A stretch of DNA of 64,000 nucleotides from Planctomycetota bacterium (GTDB lineage: Bacteria; Planctomycetota; Planctomycetia; Gemmatales; Gemmataceae), in contig JAJPIY010000079.1 in assembly GCA_021324515.1 (NCBI GenBank), positions 10 through 64,009 of the forward strand, written 5' to 3'. The position numbers were made by a program, and so were the translations under genes. This document shows positions 7,727-15,733 of the stretch, in pieces (the first letter of the stretch is position 1; every line of letters begins with the position of its first letter). The notes under the pieces are model-generated. The model worked only from the letters and a program-made list of their open reading frames with translations, ran no database searches and was not told the DNA's origin.

Positions 7727-8794
7727 ATGTCGTCCTATCTCATGCCGTCTTCATCGGTTTTGCTTTCCGTCCCGCTGCCGTTGCTGATCACCGGCGTTTC
7801 CGGCGTCACCGGTTACAACGCGCTGCCGTATTTTCAGCGCCGCTATCCCGGCCAAGTCCTCGGCATTCGACCGACGCAGACCTGGCAACTGATTGGTCCA
7901 GGCATCTGCGCCGTGGACACGCAGGACCGCGCCGCCTTGTTCGCTCTGTTTCGTACCTATCGTTTCCGCGCCGTGCTCAATTGCACCGGCAACTGTGCTC
8001 TCAAATCATGCGAACTCGATCCGGCAATGGCATGGCGGATCAATGTCGTCAGCGCCGTCAACGTCGCCGCTGCGGCCCGTGCGTTCGGGGCGCGGCTGGT
8101 CCATCTGTCGTCAGACCTGGTTTTTTCCGGCACAGGCGCAGGCAACTACGTGGAGACGGATCCCGTCGATCCGGTGACGGTGTACGGGCGAACGATGGCA
8201 GAGGGAGAGCAGGTGGTGCTGAACACCGACCCGCAAGCAGCGGTATTGCGCATTTCGCTGCCCATGGGGCCGAGTTTGAATCGCCACGCCGGCGCCATTG
8301 ATTGGATTCAATCGCGTTTTCGCAAGGGTCGGCCCGCCACGCTGTACTTCGACGAAGTACGTTCCTGCACCTACACCGACGACCTCAACCGCGTCTTCGA
8401 GCTGTTCTTGGCCAGTCGACAAGCGGGCCTGTTTCATGCGGGCGGCCCCCGCGCATTGGCCCTTTATCAGATCGCTCAAATCGTCAATCGGGTCGGCGGC
8501 TATGATCCGCATCTGCTCCACGGATGTCTGCGCCGCGACGCCGGCCCGATCCCCCCTCGCGCCGGCAACGTGAGCATGAACAGCGCCAAGCTGATCGCCG
8601 CCCTCGGCCACAATCCATTTCACCCCTGGCCCGTCGGCGACGAGTTGGTGCCGAGCCATCGCCGCTGGCACTTCGAACGCCCCGCTGAGGAGCCCAGGTC
8701 GCCGGCTTGGCTAGCGGCGCGCTTGTACCGCTATCCACCGACAGACGGTCGGGGACAAGTGCAAGGGGGCCAAGGGCTCCTCCGCTCTACTTGA
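7727..8794 (+). CDS. RmlD-like / NAD-dependent sugar-nucleotide reductase family protein (atypical)
   Basis: It has the Rossmann motif ITGVSGVTG and the RmlD-like block LVHLSSDLVFSG...DPVDPVTVYGRTMAEGE. The start was taken after the tRNA, because ORF 7382..8794 reads through tRNA-Leu. Confidence 0.65.
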   Translation: MSSYLMPSSSVLLSVPLPLLITGVSGVTGYNALPYFQRRYPGQVLGIRPTQTWQLIGPGICAVDTQDRAALFALFRTYRFRAVLNCTGNCALKSCELDPAMAWRINVVSAVNVAAAARAFGARLVHLSSDLVFSGTGAGNYVETDPVDPVTVYGRTMAEGEQVVLNTDPQAAVLRISLPMGPSLNRHAGAIDWIQSRFRKGRPATLYFDEVRSCTYTDDLNRVFELFLASRQAGLFHAGGPRALALYQIAQIVNRVGGYDPHLLHGCLRRDAGPIPPRAGNVSMNSAKLIAALGHNPFHPWPVGDELVPSHRRWHFERPAEEPRSPAWLAARLYRYPPTDGRGQVQGGQGLLRST

Positions 8795-8836
8795 ATCCTT
8801 GTCCACCAAGGAGGGGAGAAAAGTTTGCTGGCCCTT

Positions 8837-10504
8837 CTATCGATACAACTCCTCGATTTGGCGTGCATATTTCGCCAATATGACGTTGCGGCGCAATTTC
8901 AGGCTCACGGTCAACTCGTCGGCAGCGACGCTGAAGGGCTGAGGCACGATCAAGAACTTCTTGACCTGCTCTGCGCTGGAGAGATCGGCCAGCGCCGCTT
9001 GGATGCGGTGCTGCAACAATTCCATCACCGCTGGAGACGCCGTTTCCTCAATGCTGTCTTGAGAAGCTGCCGCTCCTCGCTCTGAGGCCAGCGCGGCGCG
9101 GACGTTGCTCCAATTCGGCACAATCAATGCCGTCAGGAAATTGCGTCCCTCGCCGCATACCAGGGCCTGATCGATGCAGGGATCGGCTTGCAACAGCCCT
9201 TCGATGAAAGTCGGTACTACTTTCTTGCCGTTGGAGAGCACGAGTAATTCCTTCTTGCGTCCGGTGATTTTGAGAAAGCCGTCGCTGTCCAGCTCGCCCA
9301 GATCGCCCGTATGAAACCAACCGTCGCGGAGGGCTTCGGCGGTGGCTTGCGGGTTTTTCCAGTAGCCTTTCATGACGTGCGGGCCGCGCGTCAATACTTC
9401 GCCGTCGGCAGCGATCTTCACTTCGACGCCTGGCAACGGTCGGCCCACCGTTTCCAGCTTGTACGCATCTTTCGAGTTGAAGGAGATGACCGGCGAAGTT
9501 TCGGTCAGGCCGTAGCCTTGCAGCACCAGTACGCCGGCCTCGGCATAGGTGCGGGCCACCGAATAGGGCAGCGGCGCGCCCCCCGAAGACAACCAGTCGA
9601 TCCGTGGGCCGAACAGCTCGCGCAGCCGCCGCCTGACCACTTGCGGGTCGGCGTCCGCAACCCGAGTCAGCACTTTTTCGTAGAAGCGCGGCACCGAAGC
9701 CATGTGCGTCGGTTGCACCTCGGCGAGATCGGTGAGCAGCGTATCAGCAGACTCGGCCAGGCACAGCAGTACACCGCTGGCCAAGGTGCTGTAGTGATCG
9801 ACGGTGCGGGCGTAGATGTGGGTGTACGGCAACCAACTGAGGACGACATCGCTCGGCTGTTGGCCGGAGCGCTGCCGTAAGGCGCAGACGTTGCTTAGCA
9901 GATTGCCGTGCGTCAACATGACGCCCTTGGGATTGCCGGTCGTGCCGGAAGTGTACAGGATCGTTGCCAGGTCGTCAGGGCCTAGGGCCGCCTCGCGGCG
10001 AGCCAGCTCCGCCGCCACGCGCGGCAGTGCCCGCCGGCCTCGCTGGCGGAACGCTTCCCACGATAGCCCCTCTAGAGAGGCGTGGGCTGCCCCCTCGAAA
10101 ACAACCAAGCCGCGCAAAGGGGGGAGCTGGGCGTGGATTTGCCGTATCTTGTCCAGTTGGACACGATTGGAGACGAACAGAAAATTGATCGCGGTGTCGG
10201 CAAGCTGAAAGTGAATTTGCCGTGCCGTCAGGGGAGCGTGCGGCGGCACATTAACGGCGCCGGCAGCGAGAATGGCCAGATCAGCGATCAACCACTCGAC
10301 GCTGTTCTCGGCCACCAAACCGACTCGATCGCCCGGCGCGATCCCGCATTCGACAAGCGCGGCAGCGACGGCAAGCACCTCGGCCCGATATTGCTCCCAG
10401 GTCAAATCGTGCCACACTCCGTGCCGCTTGTAGCGCAGGGCCGGACGCGGGCCGAGCCGTTCTGCTTGATAACGATGCAGTTCCACAAGATTGCGCTCGT
10501 TCAT
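8837..10504 (-). CDS. Long-chain acyl-CoA synthetase (AMP-forming, FadD-like)
   Basis: It has the AMP-binding signature ILYTSGTTGNPKGVMLTHGN, plus GYGLTETSP and TGDLGELDSDGFLKITGRKKE. Confidence 0.9.
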   Translation of the reverse strand: MNERNLVELHRYQAERLGPRPALRYKRHGVWHDLTWEQYRAEVLAVAAALVECGIAPGDRVGLVAENSVEWLIADLAILAAGAVNVPPHAPLTARQIHFQLADTAINFLFVSNRVQLDKIRQIHAQLPPLRGLVVFEGAAHASLEGLSWEAFRQRGRRALPRVAAELARREAALGPDDLATILYTSGTTGNPKGVMLTHGNLLSNVCALRQRSGQQPSDVVLSWLPYTHIYARTVDHYSTLASGVLLCLAESADTLLTDLAEVQPTHMASVPRFYEKVLTRVADADPQVVRRRLRELFGPRIDWLSSGGAPLPYSVARTYAEAGVLVLQGYGLTETSPVISFNSKDAYKLETVGRPLPGVEVKIAADGEVLTRGPHVMKGYWKNPQATAEALRDGWFHTGDLGELDSDGFLKITGRKKELLVLSNGKKVVPTFIEGLLQADPCIDQALVCGEGRNFLTALIVPNWSNVRAALASERGAAASQDSIEETASPAVMELLQHRIQAALADLSSAEQVKKFLIVPQPFSVAADELTVSLKLRRNVILAKYARQIEELYR

Positions 10505-10600
10505 TTTGCAGCCCTTCGGGTGCTTGACCGGCCGTCGCTAAACCCTATAAGATCCACAATGTTTGGGTAGGGGTACACATCTTTTCTCGGAGGGATCGCG

Positions 10601-11773
10601 ATGCGAACTTTGCCGCACGTTCTGTTTGGTCCGTTGGCCGCTCTTTCTCTGCTCTTGTTTGCCATCTCCCGACCTCTACCTGCCGCGGATGACATCCAGT
10701 CCAAGCGAGTCAACTTCACGACTTTCGATGAAGTTGAGCTAAGCGGTACATTTTATCGCAGCGCCCCTGCTGGCGGGAAGAAAGATAAGGACGCCGTCGT
10801 CCTGTTGTTGCACGACTTCCGGCACCTCAAAGGTGGCAGCAGTCAAGAAGACGGCTGGCACCAGTTGGCGGGACAACTCCAGAAAGAAGGCTATGCAGTC
10901 CTCAGCTTCGACTTCCGCGGTTTTGGCAATAGTAAGTCGGTCAGTCCGAGGTTCTGGGCATTCCCTCACAACAACTCCCCCAGGGCCATTAAAGGGGCCA
11001 ACAAGAAAAACCCACCTGCTTCGATTGATGAAAAAGATTTCCACCCGACCTATTTCATCAACCTCGTCAACGACATCGCTGCGGCGCGGGCTTATCTCAA
11101 TGTCCTCAACGACGCGGGCGAAGTCAATGCCTCGAACATCGTGCTGATCGGCGCCGGTCAGGGTGCGACGCTGGGGGCCTTATGGTTGGCCAGCGAGTGC
11201 CGACGGCAAAAAGACAGTCAGTCCGACAAACTGTTTCCCGGCATGTCGCCGCAGTTTAGCCGCCTGGACGACCCCGAAGGCAACGACGTGGCGGCGGCCG
11301 TTTGGCTGACCATCTATCCGACCCTGGAAGGCAAGCTCCTCGGCTCGTCTCTCACCAAAGCTTTAGTAGACGAAGCCAAGAAGGCCCGAATCCCCACTCT
11401 CTTCCTTTATGCCAAGAACGATGCCAAAGCCAGCGATTTCCTGAATAAGAACAACGAGCTGAAAACTCTTATCGCGGAGAACAGTAAGAAAAAAGGAGGA
11501 GTCAAGGAGAAAGCCATCCCCGGTGCTGGAGAGTTGGCCGGCTCCAAACTTCTCAGCAGTCGGCTCAAGACGGCGGATTACATTCTCGACTATCTCAATG
11601 ACGTTGTCGAAGTACGAGGCACCCGCGTCCGCAAGGACCGTCAGGACAAGAATTTTGCCTTCTGCTGGTCGTTGCCTTGGCCGGGGCCCAACGCTAATCA
11701 ACGCATCGTGGCCAAGCTGCCCGGTGAACCCGTACCCCATATCATTCCGCTCAACGTCTTCGGTGTGCGCTGA
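10601..11773 (+). CDS. Secreted alpha/beta-hydrolase-fold protein, apparently lacking the nucleophile serine
   Basis: It has a signal peptide (MRTLPHVLFGPLAALSLLLFAISRPLPA) and the blocks VVLLLHDF...YAVLSFDFRGFGNS. The nucleophile elbow reads IGAGQGA instead of GxSxG. Confidence 0.6.
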   Translation: MRTLPHVLFGPLAALSLLLFAISRPLPAADDIQSKRVNFTTFDEVELSGTFYRSAPAGGKKDKDAVVLLLHDFRHLKGGSSQEDGWHQLAGQLQKEGYAVLSFDFRGFGNSKSVSPRFWAFPHNNSPRAIKGANKKNPPASIDEKDFHPTYFINLVNDIAAARAYLNVLNDAGEVNASNIVLIGAGQGATLGALWLASECRRQKDSQSDKLFPGMSPQFSRLDDPEGNDVAAAVWLTIYPTLEGKLLGSSLTKALVDEAKKARIPTLFLYAKNDAKASDFLNKNNELKTLIAENSKKKGGVKEKAIPGAGELAGSKLLSSRLKTADYILDYLNDVVEVRGTRVRKDRQDKNFAFCWSLPWPGPNANQRIVAKLPGEPVPHIIPLNVFGVR

Positions 11774-11786
11774 ACGACAGGTAGAA

Positions 11787-11909
11787 ACCGGCGAGCGGGG
11801 CGTGTTAACGCCCCGGTTCGTGTTCACCGGGGCGTTAACACGCCCCGCTCGCCGGTGTTTCCCGCCGCCGTGCGGTGAACCGGGGCGTTAACACGCCCCG
11901 CTCGCCGGT
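11787..11909. repeat. Family C palindromic repeat: three 31-nt copies (one forward, two inverted)
   Basis: accggcgagcggggcgtgttaacgccccggt at 11787-11817 has its exact reverse complement at 11826-11856 and 11879-11909. The first two copies form a perfect 31-bp hairpin 14 nt after the stop of the 10601 CDS. Confidence 0.9.
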
Positions 11910-12838
11910 CTCCCGCCACCGCGTGGATGAAATTGCCGATGAATGGCTCGAAGCCGCTCACGATCGACATGAGTGTATTGTTGGGTCGTGCGGATATTGG
12001 CGTGGCCGAGCAACTCTTGCACTGTACGCAAGTCAGCGCCGCCGGCCAGTAGATGCGTGGCGAAACTGTGACGCAGCGTGTGGGGGCTGACTTTGCCGGT
12101 CAGTCCGGCCCGCCGCGCATACTTCCGTACCAAGATCCAAAGCATTTCGCGTGTCAGGCCCTTGCCCCCACGACTGACGAATACCCACGGCGCATCCGGC
12201 GCAGTCCGCACCAAGTGCGGCCGCAGTTCTGTCAGGTAAGCACGCAAGGCATTGAGGGCGGCCCGGCCCAAAGGCACGATGCGCTGTTTGTGGCCCTTGC
12301 CGAAACATTTGCAAAACGCCGAATCGAGATGGAGGTCTTCCATTTTCAGGCCGGCTACCTCCGAGACGCGGCAACCGGTAGCGTAGAGGGTCTCCAGAAT
12401 GGCCCGGTCGCGGAGAAAGAAGCGGTCGGACGGCTGCGGTGCGTCTAGCAGTTTGGTCACGCTTTCGGGGCTGAGCACGTGCGGAATGCGTTCCCATAGG
12501 ATCGGTGAACTGAGCAGATCGACGGTGCTCTCATTGGTGCGTTCCTCCAGGCGGAGGAAGCGATAAAACATTTTCAGGGCGACGAGATGACGGGCGATGC
12601 TCGGCGGGGCCAGCTTCTCGGCCCGGAGAAATTCGAGATAATGGCTCAAGTCGCGCAGGCTGGGATGGAGATAGTCCGTCAAACCGCCGCCGGCAACCCA
12701 TTGGGCAAAGCGGTGAAGGTCGCGGCTATAGGCCAACAGTGTATTGCTGGCCAGGCCACGCTCGGCGCGGATATAGTTGCGAAAGGCGTGAATGTCATCC
12801 ACAAGAGCGGTGTATTGATGGAGACGTTCTGACGGCAT
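11888..12838 (-). CDS. xerD: Tyrosine site-specific recombinase XerD/XerC type
   Basis: It has the N-terminal core-binding domain (FRNYIRAERGLASNTLLAYSRDL) and the catalytic residues ATGCRVSE, HTLRHSFATHLL and GHANIRTTQQYTHV. The last ~7 codons and the stop lie inside the third family C repeat copy. Confidence 0.85.
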   Translation of the reverse strand: MPSERLHQYTALVDDIHAFRNYIRAERGLASNTLLAYSRDLHRFAQWVAGGGLTDYLHPSLRDLSHYLEFLRAEKLAPPSIARHLVALKMFYRFLRLEERTNESTVDLLSSPILWERIPHVLSPESVTKLLDAPQPSDRFFLRDRAILETLYATGCRVSEVAGLKMEDLHLDSAFCKCFGKGHKQRIVPLGRAALNALRAYLTELRPHLVRTAPDAPWVFVSRGGKGLTREMLWILVRKYARRAGLTGKVSPHTLRHSFATHLLAGGADLRTVQELLGHANIRTTQQYTHVDRERLRAIHRQFHPRGGGRPASGAC

Positions 12839-12951
12839 GGAGCGGCCTCCTTGCCTGTTTTGTGTTTTCGGTTTGCCATTTTCAATATACTACAAATCCG
12901 ACTATCGGGTGCGGCGAACGCAAAACTAAAAACGGAAAACGGCCAAGCGAC

Positions 12952-13944
12952 ATGAAAGCCATCGTCTGCGAGCGTTGGGGCGAGCCGGAGGAAGTATTAC
13001 AAGTGCGTGAGGTGCCCAAGCCGGTCCCTGGGCGCGGCGAGGTGTGCGTGCGCATGATCGCCAGTCCCATCAACCCCTCCGACCTTTTGATGGTGCGCGG
13101 CCAATATGGGCGACAGCCCTCGCTGCCGGCGACGCCGGGCTTTGAAGGCGTCGGCATCGTCGAGGCCGGCTCCGGCTTGTTGGCCCGGCGCGTCCTGGGC
13201 CGACGTGTCGCCGTCCTCAACAGTGGCGGCGGCAACTGGAAGGAGTACGTCGTCCTTCCCGCGCGGCAGGCCATTCCGGTGCCCAAAGAACTTAGCGATG
13301 AGCAGGCAGCCACATTCTTCGTCAATCCCGCGACCGCCTTGGTGTTGACACGCTACATCTGGCAAGTGCCGGCTGGCGCCTGGTTGTTGCAGACGGCGGC
13401 TGGCAGCACCTTGGGACGCATGGTAATTCGCCTGGGCCAGCGTTTCGGCTTTCGTACTCTCAATGTGGTGCGCCGCCGCGAACAGGTCGAGGAACTGCTA
13501 CGCCTGGGGGGCACAGCCGTCATCGCCACCAACGAGGAGCCGTTGGCAGAGCGCGCTACCATACTGACCGGTGGCGAAGGCGTGCGCTACGCCCTCGATG
13601 CCGTTGGTGGGGCCACGGGGTCCGAGGTAGTCCATGTCCTGGCGCGCGGGGGTCGGCTCATTGTATATGGCACTTTGGCCGGTGAGCCGCTGAGCGTCGA
13701 TCCACGCACGCTGATGGTGGGCCAAAAGCGGATCGAAGGATTCTGGTTGTCCGAGTGGGTTCGCGCACAGAAGCTGTGGACGATGCTAGGGCTGTTTCGG
13801 CAAATCGGCACCCTCATGAAGGCGGGTGTTCTGATTTCCGACATCGGCAAGAGCTATGCCCTGACAGACATTCATGCCGCCGTGCGCCAGGCATCCCTGC
13901 CGGGACGACAGGGCAAAGTGTTGTTGCGCATGAGCGGGATCTAG
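12952..13944 (+). CDS. Zinc-type/MDR-family NADPH:quinone (enoyl) reductase
   Basis: It has MKAIVCERWGEPEEVLQVREVPKPVPGRGEVCVRMIASPINPSDLLMVRGQYG and the cofactor loop AAGSTLG. The ATG at 12952 lies within ORF 12739..13944. Confidence 0.85.
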   Translation: MKAIVCERWGEPEEVLQVREVPKPVPGRGEVCVRMIASPINPSDLLMVRGQYGRQPSLPATPGFEGVGIVEAGSGLLARRVLGRRVAVLNSGGGNWKEYVVLPARQAIPVPKELSDEQAATFFVNPATALVLTRYIWQVPAGAWLLQTAAGSTLGRMVIRLGQRFGFRTLNVVRRREQVEELLRLGGTAVIATNEEPLAERATILTGGEGVRYALDAVGGATGSEVVHVLARGGRLIVYGTLAGEPLSVDPRTLMVGQKRIEGFWLSEWVRAQKLWTMLGLFRQIGTLMKAGVLISDIGKSYALTDIHAAVRQASLPGRQGKVLLRMSGI

Positions 13945-14004
13945 CGTCGTCCCCCATGCCACGCCTGCAAGAAACCTCTTTGCGGATGCGAGGAACGGGC
14001 AGGA

Positions 14005-14658
14005 TCAGGCGGGGGTAAGTGTTTCAGCGGCGCGGGCCAGCAAATCGCGGACTTCCTCATCAGTCGTTTGGGAAAAATCCTCGTACCAAGCGCCCACGGC
14101 GTAGAAAGGCTCTGGCGTCTCGGCACATACCACCTCGTCGGCTTCGCGCCGAAGTTGGGTGCAGGTCTCCGGAGCGCCGACAGGGACGGCGACGACGATA
14201 CGGGCTGGCCCCTGTTGCCGCAGTGCGGCCACCGCCGCTCGCATGGTCGAGCCGGTAGCCAAGCCGTCGTCCACAAGGATGACGGTGCGCCCCCGCACGT
14301 CGGGCGGCGGGCGTCCGGCCCGGTAGTCGTGTTCGCGGCGGCTCAATTCCTGTTGTTCCTCGGCAGCGACGGCATCGATTATCTCTTCGGGAACATTCAG
14401 CTTGCGGACCACTTCCTCATTAAGCACGCGAATGCCGCCGGAGGCGATGGCCCCCATTGCCAGTTCTTCTTGACCGGGCAGGCCCAGCTTGCGGACCAGG
14501 AAAACATCCAAAGGCGCGTGCAGCGCTTGGGCCACTTCATATCCAACGGGTACGCCGCCACGTGGCAGCGCCAGCACCACTACGTCCGGACGATGGGCGT
14601 AGCGAACCAACTGATCGGCCAACACTTGACCTGCCTCTGTTCGATCGCGAAAGAGCAT
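14005..14658 (-). CDS. Phosphoribosyltransferase-family protein
   Basis: It has the PRPP-binding loop [17 protein letters not shown] and the N-terminal [12 protein letters not shown]...[12 protein letters not shown]. Confidence 0.85.
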   Translation of the reverse strand: MLFRDRTEAGQVLADQLVRYAHRPDVVVLALPRGGVPVGYEVAQALHAPLDVFLVRKLGLPGQEELAMGAIASGGIRVLNEEVVRKLNVPEEIIDAVAAEEQQELSRREHDYRAGRPPPDVRGRTVILVDDGLATGSTMRAAVAALRQQGPARIVVAVPVGAPETCTQLRREADEVVCAETPEPFYAVGAWYEDFSQTTDEEVRDLLARAAETLTPA

Positions 14659-14831
14659 TCCTGATTCCCTCCTTACGTCACGTATTCCTTGGTGTGCGTT
14701 GAGGGCACTCCAAGAGAAGACAATAGAGAAGAATGCAAAATCCGCACCATTTGCAACGGCGACAACCGATGTGGTGCGCCTGCGCCCTATGGCTTATAAT
14801 CTTAGCCAGAAAACCAAGGATGAGGTGATCT

Positions 14832-15725
14832 GTGACTGAATTGCCGGAAGTGGAAACGGTGGTCCGCGATTTGCGGCCCTGTCTAAAAGGCAGGCGGCTG
14901 ACACGTGTGCGGCAGGTCAGCCGGCGAGCGCTGCGCACGCCCTGGCGTTCGGCCTGGAGCACCGCTGTAACTGGCCAACGCATCGAGAATATCAGGCGGC
15001 GCGGCAAGTGGATCCTCGTGGAGCTGGAAAACAAAAACTTCCTGGTCTTCCACTTGGGCATGACTGGCCAGTTGACAATCGTGCCTGCTGCGACGCCCTA
15101 CGCTACGCATACGCACTTGATTTTCGACCTGGACGAGGGTGAGCAGCAGTTGCGTTTTCGCGACATCCGCCGTTTCGGCAGCGTCCGCTTCTTTGCTGAC
15201 CGAGCGGCGCTGGAGGCTTTCTTCCAAGCCGCCCGATTGGGACCGGAGCCGTTCGATGTGTCGGCGCGCGCCTGGCGCGACTGCCTGCACAGCTCGAAAC
15301 GCTGCCTCAAGGCCGTATTGCTCGATCAGCGCGTGCTTGCCGGTGTGGGTAACATTTATGCCGACGAAGCCTTGTTCGAGGCGCGACTGCACCCGGCCCG
15401 CTTGGCTTGCGATCTCACCGATGCCGAGGCTGACTGTCTGCGCCGTGCCGTCGCCAAGGTGTTGCGCCGCGCCATCCAGCGGCGTGGCGCCAGCATCCGT
15501 ACTTATGTGAGTGGTTCTGGCTTGCGGGGAGAGTACCAAAAGGAGTTCCGCGTCTACGGCCGCACCGGCGAACCGTGCCCGCGCTGCGGCGCCGCCATCG
15601 AAAGCTGCCGCCTAGCCGGCCGTTCGTCGCATTTTTGTCCGAGGTGCCAACAAGCCATCAAGGGGCGGCGCGGAACGCTCAGCACATCCCAAGCTGTGCG
15701 CTCCGCGCTGCCCCCTGACCGCTGA
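14832..15725 (+). CDS. mutM: Formamidopyrimidine-DNA glycosylase (Fpg/Nei family)
   Basis: It has the ELPEVETV N-terminus, the H2TH region GVGNIYADEALF and the C-terminal zinc finger CPRCGAAIESCRLAGRSSHFCPRCQ. The start is ambiguous: GTG at 14832 or TTG at 14841. Confidence 0.85.
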   Translation: MTELPEVETVVRDLRPCLKGRRLTRVRQVSRRALRTPWRSAWSTAVTGQRIENIRRRGKWILVELENKNFLVFHLGMTGQLTIVPAATPYATHTHLIFDLDEGEQQLRFRDIRRFGSVRFFADRAALEAFFQAARLGPEPFDVSARAWRDCLHSSKRCLKAVLLDQRVLAGVGNIYADEALFEARLHPARLACDLTDAEADCLRRAVAKVLRRAIQRRGASIRTYVSGSGLRGEYQKEFRVYGRTGEPCPRCGAAIESCRLAGRSSHFCPRCQQAIKGRRGTLSTSQAVRSALPPDR

Positions 15726-15733
15726 GAGCTATT

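Noticed and set aside
11888-12838. The tyrosine recombinase was considered as the integrase of a mobile element or island.
   Set aside because: Its length, N-terminal core-binding domain and motif pattern match housekeeping XerD/XerC. The neighbours are ordinary metabolic genes. No att-like tRNA-derived direct repeats were seen.
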